From Octopus vulgaris (Eukaryota), in NCBI GenBank assembly GCA_951406725.2, contig OX597832.1:26598001-26662000 (forward strand): a DNA stretch of 64,000 bases, given 5' to 3'. The position numbers and the translations under genes were made by a program. The notes beneath the pieces were generated by a model. It did not search any database. It was not told where the DNA came from and saw only the letters and a program-made list of their open reading frames with translations. Below are positions 11,816 to 26,541 of the stretch, one piece after another. Within the stretch, counting starts at the first letter, position 1. Each line of letters opens with the position of its first letter.

Positions 11816-14483
11816 CTGTTCACAAAACTGTTTAAAGGCCTGTTGTTACCTTTTCATTTATCAGCAAATCTGATACTAGTAATGGTAAAATGCCATTCTG
11901 ATTGGTAGTAACTTAGTACAGGTCAACTGGTTCCAACTCAACTCCTTTCTTCTTTTGTGTACAAATTTTACTAATAAAAGGATCAGAAAGTCTGGGGGTC
12001 AAAGCCAATGAAATCATTCCTTTTATGGTCATCACACAACCTCCTCATGGTACTTATTTTTGAGTTGGAAAAAATGTTAGCATGTGAAATACTTAGTGGT
12101 ATTTTGTGAGTTCAAATTCCGCCGAGGTCGACTTTGCCTCTCATCCTTTCGGGGTCAATTAAATAAGTACCAGTTACGCACTGGGATCGATATAATCGAC
12201 TTAATCCGTTTGTGCGTCCTTGTTTGTCCTCTCTGTGTTTGGCCCCTTGTAGGTAGTAAAGAAATAGGTACTTATTTTATCCCAGACAGAAGGAAGGAGA
12301 AAAGATCCACCAAAACATCTTATTTCAGAAGGAAGAAGAAAAAAAAAAACAGGTATGTTCTGGGCACGCAGCTGTGAACTAAACCTCTACCAGTCTCCTG
12401 ACGTGGTAGAAACAGCAGCCGGATCACCCTCAAATCACAACTTATCACCATATAAAAAAAAACACTCATCGGTTAATATGATCCCTATATAAAGGAACAA
12501 GGTGAGTTGGACATGGGTGGCATGCCTATGGTTATAGATAGTGCTTAATCAGCAGTAACCTGGGGCAGGGTGCACACACAACAACAGATTCTATTCCAGA
12601 AGAAGAGAGAAAAGAAAGGAAAGTGAAGATAGTCTTGAGGTTACTCTTTTCGTGTTGATTGGTAAAAAACCAATCAATATTCCCAATTGATAAGAAATCA
12701 AGGACCGGGCCATTGATGTTGTTATTGGTGTTGCTGTCTTTATCGTTATTTTGATTTTGCTTGTTTTTAGAATTTATTTTTGAATAAATGTTTAAATGTT
12801 ATTTCGATTTTTGGATTTGGTTTGCAAGATTCTTTATATGAGTTCGTGTGTTGAAGCATATTCTGTTGTGTCTGGGGAGAGTCATTCTCTTTTGGTGCCT
12901 TATTAATTTAATACACTCACTGGTTAAATTTCCACTTATTTCTTATTTTTATTTTCCTAAAATTTTCATTGCATCTAAAAACCTTTTCAATAGTTTTGAC
13001 TCAGTCCGTTCCTCATTCACGTGTGAGTAACAAACAGGGTCAAAACTATTGAAAAGGTTGCAAGACGCAACAAAAATTTTAGGAAAATAAAAATAAGAAA
13101 AAAGTGGAAATTTTACCAGTGAGTGTGTTAAATTATAAGGCACAAAAAGAGAATGACTCTCCCCAGACACAACAGTTTAAAGTTAGTTTGTTTTAAATAT
13201 TTGATAGCCATTTGTGCATTTTATGTCTGTTTTTCCATGTAAGCATGAGTTAGATGGGGACTTATTTGAGCAGTGGCTTACAGCTGGATGTTTTTCTTGC
13301 TGTCAACTGTTTTCCAAATAAGGGATTTTAATTTCACAGAATGCCTGGTTGTCATGCCAACAAGGAATGTAAACAATGTATCACAGTTGAGTTCATATGG
13401 TAACTAATGAAACTGTGAAACGGCAACCTTAATATAAAGAGACACACACAGATATGATTATATATTTATATCCAGCCATAGAAACCCTGCCAAACAGACA
13501 ACCATGCAGTCTGTGGGTTTGCTGGATCCTATCAAATTGTCTAACCCAGTGGTTTTCAACCAGTGTTCTGCGGAACCTTAGGGTTCTGCCAGTACAGTCC
13601 AGGGGTTCCGCAAGAAGTTACAAAACTGCTAAAATCGGCAGTAATTTTTAATTCTCCTGTGCAGATATGTGTGCATAAGACTATTAAATTATTGCACAGG
13701 GGTTCCTCGAGCCAGTGGAATGTTTCCTTGGGGTTCCGCTCCAGCAAAAAGTTTGAAAAGCACTGGTCTAACCGATGCCAGTATGGAAATTTAAGGATGA
13801 TGACACACATAGGCTTTCCATATAGTTTCTGTCTACCAGTTCTATTCAGAAAGCATTGGTTGGCCCAGGGAAATGGCACTGAAGGTGCTGTGCAGTGCAA
13901 CTGAACTCAAAACCATGTAGTTGCAAAGCTAACTTCTTAACCACACAACCATACTTGCACCTTGTGTGCATGTGTGTATATATATATATATATACATACA
14001 TACATACATATATATATATCATCATCATCGTTTAACGTCCGTTCTCCATGCTAGCATGGGTTGGACGGTTTGACCGGGGATCTGGGAAGCCAGAAGGCTG
14101 CACCAGGCTCCAGTCTTATCTGGCAATGTTTCTACAGCTGGATGCCCTTCCTAACGCCAACCACTCCGTGAGTGTAGTGGGTGCTTTTTACATGCCACCG
14201 GCACAGGTGCCAGGCGAGGCTGGCGACGGCCACGGTCGGATTGGTGTATTTTATGTGCCACCGGCACATATATATCTCTTTACTCTTTTACTTGTTTCAG
14301 TCATTTGACTGCGACCATGCTGGAGCACCGCCTTTAATCGAGCAACTCAACCCCGGGACTTATTGTTTCTAAGCCCAGTACTTATTCTATCGGTGTCTTT
14401 TGCCGAACCGCTAAGTGACGGGGACGTGAACACACCAGCATCGGTTGTCAAGCAATGCTAGGGGGACAAACACAGACACACAA

Positions 14484-14516
<33 letters not shown>

Positions 14517-17500
14517 CATATACACGACAGGCTTCTTTCAGTTTCCGTCTACCAAATCCACTCACAAGGCATTGGTCGTCCCGGGGCTATAGCAGAAGAC
14601 ACTTGCCCAAGATGTCACGCAGTGGGACTGAACCCGGAACTATGTGGTTGGTAAACAAGCTACTTACCACACAGCCACTCCTGCGCCTATATATATATAT
14701 ATATATATATATACATACACACAAAATGGTGTCATTTGTTACCAATTTCCATGAAAACATGTCCAACCATGGGAAAATATTACTGTCTTTGAAACATGAG
14801 GGTTAGCAATGGGAAGGGCATCCAGCAACAGAAAACCTGCCTCAACTGGTTTTTATCTAATTCTTGCAAATATGAAAAAGTGGACCTTAAAAATGATGGT
14901 ATTCATATGTTTGGGACCGATAGTTCATTCTGCTACTAATAAAAATTTGAGAAATTTCTGAGCAGCAGTGATGGAGTCTGATACCAGCTTTAATCAAATA
15001 ACTATAGTCTGTTACATGTTGGTACATCAAAATACGTGTGTGTATCATCATCTTAATGCATACTTTCCCATCATTTCATGGGTCAGACAAGATTTTCTGT
15101 GGCTGGATGCCTTTCCTATCCCCCAACCCTTACCTGTTTCCAAGTAAGGTAATATTTCCCCCACGGCCAGACACATTCTCTCAGAATATTGGACATGACG
15201 AATACTAATATATGACGATGACATTCATTTCACAGGATGTCAAAACAAGGAAACAGCAACTTATATACACATGCATGCATGCACATACATATATAGACAC
15301 ACACATGTACATACATACATACAACAGGCTTCTTTCTGTTCCCATCAACCAAATCCACTTACAAGACTTTGGTTGGCCCAGGGTTCTAATAAAAGACATC
15401 CAAGGTGTCATGGGGTAGGACTGAACCTGGAACTATGTGGTTGAGAAACAATATCTATCTATCTATATATATATATATATATCATCATCATTGTTTAGCG
15501 TCCGCTTTCCATGCTAGCATGGGTTGGACGATTTTGACTGAGGGCTGGCGAACCAGACGGCCGCACCAGGCTCCAGTCTTGATCTGGCAGAGTTTCTACG
15601 GCTGGATGCCCTTCCTATCGCCAACCACTCCGAGAGTGTAGTGAGTGCTTTTTACATGCCACCGGCATATATATATATATATATACAGGTACAAGAAAAA
15701 CAGGAAGAAAGAGTGAGAGAAAGTTGTGGTGAAAGAATACAGCACGGTTCGCTATCACCTCCTGCCGGAGCCTCATGGAGCTTTAGGTGTTTTTGCTCAA
15801 TAAACACAACGTCCAGTCTGGGAATCGAAACCGCGATCCTATGACCACAAGTCCGTTGCCCTAACCACTGGGCCATTGCACTTCCACTATATATATATAT
15901 AGGTATTTGTATATATATATACACCCATTTATACACACAGACAACTACATGTATAACTTTTCCCAATTAGTACATATATATATATATATATATGTAAATA
16001 CAAATAAATGCATATAATTGTTTTTTATTATGATGTTATGGCTTATTCAAGTTTTCCAAGGCAGTGATTTACAACTGGGTGCCCTTCCTGTCACCAACCT
16101 TTTCAGTCACCTCTTACAACAAACAGGGATACAGTGTAGCTATTCTGAAACCGGGGATACACACATATATGTATACACACACATATTTATATACATATAT
16201 ATATATCTTTTTTCAATTTCATTTTTATTTACTCACCAGATGAAATGGGGTCGTGTGAGGTAGTGGTAGTAATAGTAGTTTGGGCCAAAGGAGATGTAGA
16301 GGTGGTGGTGGTGGTAGTGGTGATGGTATTGTTGAAGGTGGTGGTGGTAGTGGTGGTAGTAGTAGTAGTAGTAATAGTGGTGGTGGTAGAGGCATTGTCA
16401 GCAACAGATACAGGCAAAGCAGAGCTCACAGCGAATGACTTGAAATGGGAAAAAATAAATATGAAAATATAAAAATTTTTAAAAAAAAGGAAAAAAAAAA
16501 AAAGAGAAAAGAATGAAAAATAAAATTGTTTTTTTTTTTTAAAATGAAGAAATTGGAAGCCACATGCAAATAACAAGAAATATTAAATTGATTCTGCAAA
16601 AGAATAACAATAATAATAATAAACAAGAGCAACAATAATAATGATGATAATAATAATAATGATAATGGTTTTTTTAATTTAGACACCAAGGCCAGAAGTT
16701 TTGGGTGGCAAGGGGTTAGGCAATGCCGTTAACCCCAGTATCTCATTGGTGCTTTGTTTTATTGGCCCCTGAAAAGGTGAAAGGTAAAGTTGGCTTTGGT
16801 GGGATTTGAACTGAGAACGTGAGGAGATGTAAGCAAATATATCTGTGTGTGTGTGTGTATGAATGTGTGTCTATATGTGTGTGAATGTGTCTGTGTGTGT
16901 GTGTCTGTGTGTGTGTCTATGTATGTGCCCGTGTGTGTGTGTGTGCATGTGTGTCTGTCTGTTTACATGAGTGTGTATGTGCATGTCTGTCTGCGCATGT
17001 GTGTGTGTCTGTGCATGAGTGGGTCTGTGCGTGAGTTTGTGTGTCTGTGCGTGAGTGTGTGTGTGTCTGTGCGTGAGTGTGTGTGTGTCTGTGCGTGAGT
17101 TTGTGTGTCTGTGCGTGAGTTTGTGTGTCTGTGTGTGTGTGTGTGTGCCTGTGCGTGAGTGTGTGTGTCTGCGTGAGTGTGTGTGTCTGTGCGTGAGTAT
17201 GTGTGTCTGTGCGTGAGTGTGTATGAGTTTGTGTGTGTCTGTGCGTGAGTTTGTGTGTGTCTGTGCGTGAGTTTGTGTGTGTCTGTGTGTGAGTGTGTGT
17301 GCCTGTGCGTGAGTGTGTGTGTCTGCGTGAGTGTGTGTGTCTGTGCGTGAGTATGTGTGTCTGTGCGTGAGTGTGTATGAGTTTGTGTTTGTCTGTGCGC
17401 GAGTGTGTGTGCCTCTGCGTGAGTGTGTGTGTGTGTGTGTGTGTCTCCGTGAGTGTGCGTCTGTGTGAGTGTGCGTCTGTGTGAGTGTGCGTCTGTGTGA

Positions 17501-18130
17501 GTGTGTGTCTGTGTGAGTATGTATGTGGTGTGTGAGTACACATGCATGTGTGAGAAAGTTGTTTGCGTGTGCACGTGCATATGTGCGTGTGCGCATGTAT
17601 ATGAATTTAATCACAAAACTTTGCTCAACTTGACACGAAAGGATGCCTGCACAATGGGTCACTCAGAATGACCACATTTAAGAGCTTAGCCATTCAGTTG
17701 CCCTTCAGCCCATACGAGAAGATTAATGATTCCAAGTGTCCAAAAACCACCATAGAGTCAAAGATGAAATAAAAATCACATCTACGCCTAGGTTCTCTTT
17801 GTTCTTACCTCCCTTTACATAGGTTTCAGGCTGTTACATGATCAGCAACCTTAAAACTATGGAACAAAATCAAAGACATAACCAAAATATTCAAACTTAA
17901 CAAAACAAGGTTGCAAAGAATTAGAAATTTATGCAAGAAAACTGGAAGAAAATTTAGACAATTTGCCATTACCATGGGCTCCATGAGTGGATTATTATCA
18001 TTATTATTACTACTAAATGATAAAGAAATCATAAAGGAGTATCAACTGTGTGTGTGAGTATATACATACATATATATGATCACATATATATATATATATC
18101 ATCATCATATATATATATATGTGTGTGTGC

Positions 18131-18164
<34 letters not shown>

Positions 18165-21100
18165 CAGGGGCAGTCCGCCTGGGTAGGCAAGGTAGGCAGT
18201 ATCTACCCTGAATAAATAGATCGATAGTAACATTTTCCTTTTATGTCAAAATATGCACCTAATTCAATAAAATTATGAAGGTTACTCTGATTATTATGCA
18301 TAAAATGCAATATACTTTTTTGTAGATTAGGTAGGCATAATTCACCCCTCCATTTCAATCTCAGTATTAAAACGATGAATAATACTGCTGTAGTACACAT
18401 GCTGAGTACACTCCTACAACACAATTTTCTTTACGTGTTATAAAGGCAGAAGTTAATCTTCCTCCAACTCAGTCGCGTGACTGTGTTTTCCTTACTTTTT
18501 GGTGTGTTTTACTACATAAACATCACCAACTGCCTACCCTGAGTAATTACTCACGGCACATGCCTGATATACATATATATCTATATATTATCACATACAT
18601 ATATATGTATATATATATATCATCATATTTATATAAATGTGTGTGTGTGTATGTATGTAATAGGACATTAATGTGTGTGTACATGCAGACACATTAATGC
18701 GTTATACGCACACACATTTGTACGTCCTGTGACTTACTAATGCGTGTGTGTGTATTCGTCTGATGGAACATTAGTGTGTAGACGTGTGTGTGTGTGTGTG
18801 TAAGCACAACAAAAGATGAAAGCATGCTTAACAGAGTATTATATCTATGTACATGTATGGATGTATCATTGGTTTATTGTTTGTTAGTTGTACTGGGTGT
18901 GCTACCACACCCGATGCCACCAACATTTCCTTTTATGTCAAAATATGCACCTAATTCAATAAAATTATGAAGGTTACTCTGATTATTATGCGTAAAATGC
19001 AATATATTTTTTGTAGATTAGGTAGGCATAATTAGCCCCCGCCTTTCAATCTCAGTATTAAAACGATGAATAATACTGCTGCAGTACACATGCTGAGTAC
19101 ACTCCTACAACACAATTTTCTTTATGGGTTATAAAGGCAGGGGTATAATGAAAGTTTTCTATTAAGATAATAAATCTTAGAGCAAGTTATAATGCAGCAA
19201 CTGTTTATAACTCGCTCTGAGATTTAGTATTGCTTGTCTACACTTTTTCGATATCAGAGTCTTTACGATACTGGAAAAAGGTTTAAGTATTTGCGAAGGG
19301 AACCTACTTTTCATTGACAACTGTGATTGTCACACTCCGATGACGGGTCAATACCCAGAAACTCGAGTCCGTGTGTATCATAGGTTGAAGACGGGAAGGA
19401 TGGCTTCCCTTTCCAAACGCTGATAGGGCACAGAAAGTGTGTCTAAAGCCAGCTGGAGGAGGTATCTTCCTGGGGCTACAAACTACAGTAGCATCCACCC
19501 TTAGGGGCTAGCCATATTTAAATGGCAAATGTACGTCAGTTCTATTAAGATTTGGGATTAAATTAATGAGTAATATTTATAATGAATTTGCCATTTTTGA
19601 TGCAATTTGCACACACCTAACACACTCGGAATATGCCTCTGCTGTGTATGTGTGTATGCTTGTGTGTGTGTATACAGGGTGGCCCAAAAGTAGGTTTACA
19701 GTTATTCAACTATCTCTTTCGCATTCATATATTAACGGTTTAGATCCTAATTATAAAAAAAATACGAAACTATTATTTTATGGTAATTTAGTTAATTTTG
19801 TCAAGCTCACTTTTTAGTCTGTAAGATAGAAATTTAAATATAATGAAATATTTTAAAGGAAATTTAAAGTGTCTACATGAGAACTGTAAACCTACTTTTT
19901 GGCCACCCTATATATATATATATATGAAAGTAAGAATGTGTGCTTGTGAGTGTGTATGGATATGAAAACTGAGCATAATGCTTTTTGTAGCAGAAACAAC
20001 TGTGGCTCTTGGGGGTGATTGTATAACTTGTTCTTTAGCCATCCATTGATTGATATATATGGAAGTCAGAAGGCAAGACATGTGTGTATGTTTATGCATA
20101 TATATATAGGTACAGGCATCCTTAATGCCAGTGAGATGCAGCATTGAGAATGAATGAAGCCAGCTGAACCCACCCCGGGTGAATGCTGTCTCAAGACAAG
20201 AAGATAGGCACAGGCATGGCTGGGTGGTAAGAAGCTTGCTTCCCAACCACATGGTTCCGGGTTCAGTCCCACTGTATGGCACCTTGGGCGAGTGTCTTCT
20301 ACTAAACCCTTGAACTGACCAATGCCTTGTGAGTGGATTTGGTAGATGGAAACTGAAAGAAGCCTGTTGTGTATGTGTATACATATATATATATATAGAC
20401 ATCCACTGTGTGTGGAGTAAGAGAGTAGGTGTGTGTGTGTGTGTATTTTATTCCCCATTTAGCAGGAATTGAAACAAGGAAAGAAAAAAAGAAACAAGAT
20501 TAAAAGAAAAAAATAGACCAGAAGAACAAAGAACTGAATAGAAGAAAAGTGAAGAATTCCTGCTTACCTCTGACACCAATTGTTCCAGTGTTGGAGATTC
20601 TTCTTGAGAGCCACCAGATTTTCTAAATAATAGAAATATTGTTTTGTTTTTTTTTTTCCTCTTTTTTTTTTCACTTTTGAAACATTTTTTTAAAGCAAAC
20701 AATTATAGAAAAACAAACCCAGACCCTTGCCTGTTGATAAATTGTAGGGTTAAAAATCAAAGGTAATGAGAGAGAGAGATGGGGGTGGAGTCTATGTTGC
20801 CGTTAAGTAGCTGGTCTTCGGTTCAATTCTCACGAGTTCCCCCTAGATTCACCATGACCAATAAAGTCTGTTTTACTCGTCCAGTTATGAAGAATTCATG
20901 AAGCTCTTGCAGAAATGCCAACCGACCAAGTATGTCTGAGATTTGATGGTTAACCAAATATGGTAAACTTGTCAGATACCTTACACCATTCAATATTTAA
21001 AAAGAAGGAAAATTTCTATAAATGAAGGTAAAAAAAATTTGAATATGACTTCTTGACTTGTTAAAAATAGCAACTGAATCATTACTCAATGAACCTTACT

Positions 21101-23951
21101 GCCTTAAAAAAGGACAAAATGGGTAGTCTTAACAGTTTAAAATACAAAAAATTAGTTGTGATGGTCATGGTTGGAGTACCTTTGATCTGATCAGGTTTAA
21201 CATGGAGTTGAACATACTGTGTCACTGAAATCTCTAAATCAAATTGAGTCACATTGGATGATCAAGAGTCATTTTGGATGGTCAAGAGAGTCATATCGGA
21301 CTAGCAGGAACTATGTCAGGTTGCCAGGAGCCATATCAACCCACTAAGAACCAAGTTGGGCCACAAGAGTCACATTGGACTGCGCCACAAGCCATGTCAA
21401 GCTGCCAGGGGCCATATCAGATCATAAGAATCATGTAGGCTCTCTTTTTCTTTTACTTGCTTCAGTCATTTGACTGTGGCCATGCTGGAGTACTGCCTTT
21501 AGTCAAGTAAATCGACCCCAGGACTTATTCTTTGTAAGCCTAGTACTTATTCTATCAGTCTCTTTTGTTGAACCGTTAAGTTACAGGGATGTAAACACAC
21601 CAGCATTGGTTGTCAAGTGATGTGGGTGGTGGTGGACAAATGCAGACACACACATATATATATACGACGGGCTTCTTTCAGTTTCCGTCTACCAAATCCA
21701 CTCACAAGGCTTTGGTCAGCCCGAGACTATAGTAGAAGACACTTGCCCAAGGTGCCACGTAATGAGACTGAACTTGGAACCACTTGGTTCGTAAGCAAGC
21801 TACTTACCACACAGCCACTCCTACACCTATTAGGGATTGTGTCAGACCATTTGAAACAACGATTTCCACCCACCAAAAAAAAATATACAGTATCTACCAT
21901 ATTCGTCCCATAAACAATCTACCAATAACAGATGGTAAAACAAGGATAAAGATTTTATTTTCCTTCTCACCTTCCCCACACCATTACAACTTCACACAAA
22001 AAAAGTATATTGGAAAAAAAAAAGAAACCAAATATTTCTTACTTTGAAGATTTTGTTGAGGGAACTCTTTCATGTTTCTCTTTAGCTGTGGTACCTTGAA
22101 TAAGAAATTCACATATTTTTATATCACTGCACTAATAAATGGGAACGGGGAATTTAGGGTATCCATGGAAAAAAGCTTCAGTGGTTACTAAAAACACACA
22201 TAGAACTACACAGGCATATCATCATCATCATCATCATTTAGTGTCTGTTGTCCATACTGGCACACTGGAAGGCAGCACCAGGATCCAGTCTGATTTGGCA
22301 TGGTTTTCTATGGCTGGATGCCCTTCCTAATGCCAACCACTCTGAGAGTGTTATGGGTGCTTTTACATGCCACCAGCACGGGTGCCATTTGCGTGACACC
22401 GATATCTGCCACAACTGAGATTTTGCTTGGCTTGATGGGTCTTTTTCTCAAGCATGGCACCATGCCAAAGGCCTTGGTCATTGCATCCGTGAGGCCCAAT
22501 GTTCGAAAGGAACTCAACCATCTCGCTTCTGTGAGTCAAAAGTAATGTTAATTTATATACATTTTAAAAAAATTACTCATGCATTATCTCATAGCTTTGA
22601 GATTTTTATGAGGTAACTGTTAATTTTTAGAATGATATTTTAGGATTGGTTGAGGGGTCAGACATGTCCAGTCTGAACATAAAACAGGGAGAACATTTTG
22701 GTAAGGTTTAAATGCTAAAGGGTTAAAAAGGGAAGGGAGACATAGATAGGATGATGAAGGCTGGGACCCTTTTGATGAGAGATCTGCTTGATCCATTCAG
22801 CTGACCAGGCACTAAAGCAACAACAACAGCAACTTCAGGAGGCGCAATGGCCCAATGGTTAGGGCAGCGGATTTGCAGTCAGAGGATCACAGTTTCGATT
22901 CCCATACCTGGCGTTGTGTGTGTTTATTGAGCGAAAACACTTAAAGCTCCATGAAGCTCCAGCAGGGGGGGGGGCGACCCCTGTTGTACTCTTTCGCTCC
23001 AACTTTCTCTCACTCTTTCTTCCTGTTTCTTGTCCCCCGACTTCCTACGCAACTGCTGAGCCTGGATGTGCATTCATCCCTCCGTCGATGCTCTCGGTGT
23101 CGGGGGGTTGACCTGCTTTCTCTTCTGCGGGTCTTACAAATAGCAAAGGACCACGTTTCGGACTTCTCCCACTGGGATGAAGACCGCTTCATTCAACAAA
23201 CAAACAAACAAACAGCAACAACAATCTTACTTTCTTGAGATGGAATTATCACAGTTTCTGTTTTCTCTCCAAAAAGTTCCTGCAGAAAAAAACAAGAGAA
23301 AAAGAAACGTTTTTCAGGTTAAACAACAGACATGCACAAATAATTTTTTTTTTAATTAAATACAAGATTAATGTTTATAAGAGAAAAGGTAAAGTCAAAT
23401 AAATCCGCATACGACACCCTTCTTATTAACCCCAGTGTATGACAGATACAAATTTTATTGGTTCTAAATATGCAGTCATACCATAGACCTTAGGTTTATC
23501 CAGACAGATATACATATACACACTCACCCAGAGACAAGCAGAGATATATTTATTTCTTTAATACCCACGGGGCGGGGGCTAAACATAGAGGGAACAAACA
23601 AGGACAGACAAATGAATTAAGTCAATTACATTGGCCCCAGTGTGTAACTGGTACATATTTAATTGACCTGAAAGGATGAAAGGCAAAGTCGACCTCGGCG
23701 AAATTTGAACTCAGAACGAAAAGACAGGTGGAATAACGCTAAGCATTTCGCCCAGCATGCTAATGATTCTGCCAGTTCACCGCCAAAAGACATACTGCCA
23801 TCAACAGAAGATGGTCAGACACCCATCCATTCAGTTGTACACACACACACACACATAGAAACACTAACTCACACCATTTTACAGCAAGTAAAAGCAAAAT
23901 ATAATATATATAAGTCAGAGAATCAATCACCAGGGTAGTTATGTAACAGGG

Positions 23952-24010
<59 letters not shown>

Positions 24011-24474
24011 GGGTGTGTGGGGGAGGGAAACAAGGAGGTTTCCAACTTACATCTGAGTGTTTAATGAGAAGTTCCACAGACATGGTTTGGTAGTAAGTAT
24101 CAACCAGAGATGACAGAGGTGTTCCTTCACTGTAAAGAGAGAGAGAGAGAGAAAGAAATTATACAGCGAACAGTCAGGGTTGGGGTATGTACTTAGGGTA
24201 TGTACTTAGTTGAGTATAGAGTATTGAGAAGTAATAATTATATATGCATTATATTTTTACTTGTTTCAGTCATTAGACTGCGGCCATGCTGGAGCACTGC
24301 CTTTGGTCGAGCAAATCAACCCCCAGGACTTATACTTTGTAAGCCTAGTACTGATTCTATCGGTCTCTTTTTGCCGAACCGCTAGGTTCCAGGGATGTAA
24401 GCACACCAACATCGGTTGTCAAGTGATGGAGAGTGGGGACAAACACAGACACACCAACATATAGACACACACAC

Positions 24475-24528
<54 letters not shown>

Positions 24529-26510
24529 GACAGGCTTCTTTCAGTTTCTGTCAACCAATATTACATACATTCAACACTGTTACCCTAGCAACTATCTAAC
24601 AATCATGACAGAAATTGTTCTTTCTCAAGCCAAGCCTGGCTCATAAGGGCCGGTTTCCCGGTTTCCTTGGCGTATAGGTTCCCCACCTGGACGGGACGTT
24701 GGTCCGTCGCAGGTGAGCTGCAAGATGCAGGAGAAAAGCGTGAGAGAAAGTTGAGGCAAAAGAGTCAGCAGAAGTTTGCCATTACTTTCTGCCGGAGTCA
24801 CATTGAGCTTAGGTGTTTCACTCATAAACACACACAACACCTGGTCTGAGATTCGAACCCGTGATCCCTCAACTGCGAGTCCACTGCTCTAACCACTAGG
24901 CCATGTGCCTCCACTGCCAGAAATACACAGTGTATATTTAAATGCTTAAAACACAGCCTAGAAATTGTAATATCACAGTTTAACCTTTTAGCATTCAGAT
25001 TACTCGGTCAAACGTAAGGCTTATTTATTCGCAATATTTTGAATTAATCACGCATTATCTCATAATTATGAGATTTCAATGATGTGATTGTTTATTTTTA
25101 GAATGACATTGTAGAGTAGGTTTGAAAGGCCAGATCAGGATGGATTGAACATAAAACTGAAATAATATTTGGGTCTGATGTGACTGGTTTAAATGCAAAA
25201 GGGGTTACAGTGGTATACCACCTTCACTAAATCAAGGAAAATATTCATGGAAGCATGCAGAAAGTTCTGGGTCTTGTTACTTACTAAGGGCGGAGTAAGG
25301 TGGGGCCAAAGACAATCCCTAAATTACTGGCATTCATTTGGTTCTCATCAGATTCTTTGGATACTCTGAAAATAAGCAAATATTTTAAGATTAGTATTTA
25401 TCTGTACAGTTCAATATTTAATATTCGTCAAATGTAAATAATGTAGTATTTATCTGGCTTCCGTGCTGGTGGCACGTAAAAGGGTACCATTCGAGCGTGG
25501 TCGTTACCAACGTCACCTTACTGGCACCTGTGCCGGTGGCATGTGTAAAAAGATTCGAGCGAGGTCATTGCCAGTACTGCCTGACTGGCCCCAGTGCCGG
25601 TGCCACGTAAAAAGCTTCCACGACACCCTCGGAGTGGTTGGCGTTAGGAAGGGCATCCAACTGTAGAAACTCTGCCAGATCAAGAATGGAGCCTGGTGCG
25701 GCCATCTGGTTCACTAGCCCTCAGTCAAAATCGTCCAACCCATGCCAGCATGGAAAGCGGACATTAAACGATGATAATGATGGTGATCTGTTTTCCAAAT
25801 GAGTGTGGGTTGGATAGATCTACTACTCAACATTTAAATGTTTTTTTGTGATCTTTTTGTTATCCCATTTACAAAGGCCCACCCCAACACTGCCATGGCA
25901 GAAAATCTGAACTCACCATGTTTTTCATTGATTTCCCTCCACCTGCCATGTTTTTATTTTTTTAATTTAATTTAATTTAATTTTTTTGTTTTTTTCAGAA
26001 AAATGTGCAAAGATGGCTCTTTGGTTAACAAGTTTGCTTCTCAAGCTCATGGCTTTGGGTTCAATCCAATCGTGTGGCATTTGGGAGAAAAATCTGCTGC
26101 TGCTGACCAGAGCTTAATAAGGACTCGTGAGTAGATATGGTAGAGACCGAAATAAGCCTGTTGTGTGCATGTTTGGGTCTCCTCAATCTTGACATAGCAT
26201 GAGAATTGTAAATAAGTGTCACTGTTATACAAGCAGTGTCGTTTGTTTCCAATCTTCCAATGAAAAGATGTATGGTCATGAGAGGAAATATCTTGCTTAG
26301 ATAAGAGATGGTAACAAGAAAGGCATCCAACCATAGAAAATGTGCCTCAACAAATTCCATCTGAGCCAGGCAGGCATGAAAAGTGAGCATTAATACAAAA
26401 ACGATGCACCGACTTTATGTCCACTAGGCATGGCCAATTCATGTATTCCATGTTCATACCAATCCCAACACCGTCATCACTAACATCAACAACATCATCA
26501 TCGTCATGAT

Positions 26511-26541
<31 letters not shown>

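Noticed and set aside
16847-17662. His/Thr- or Val/Cys-rich ORFs (also 38176-39036, 53964-54669, 2252-3148)
   Set aside because: Translations of microsatellites and low-complexity tracts.
19304-19498. 64-aa minus-strand ORF within a gene intron
   Set aside because: Not needed for phase continuity, no clear splice sites, adjacent to transposon relics.
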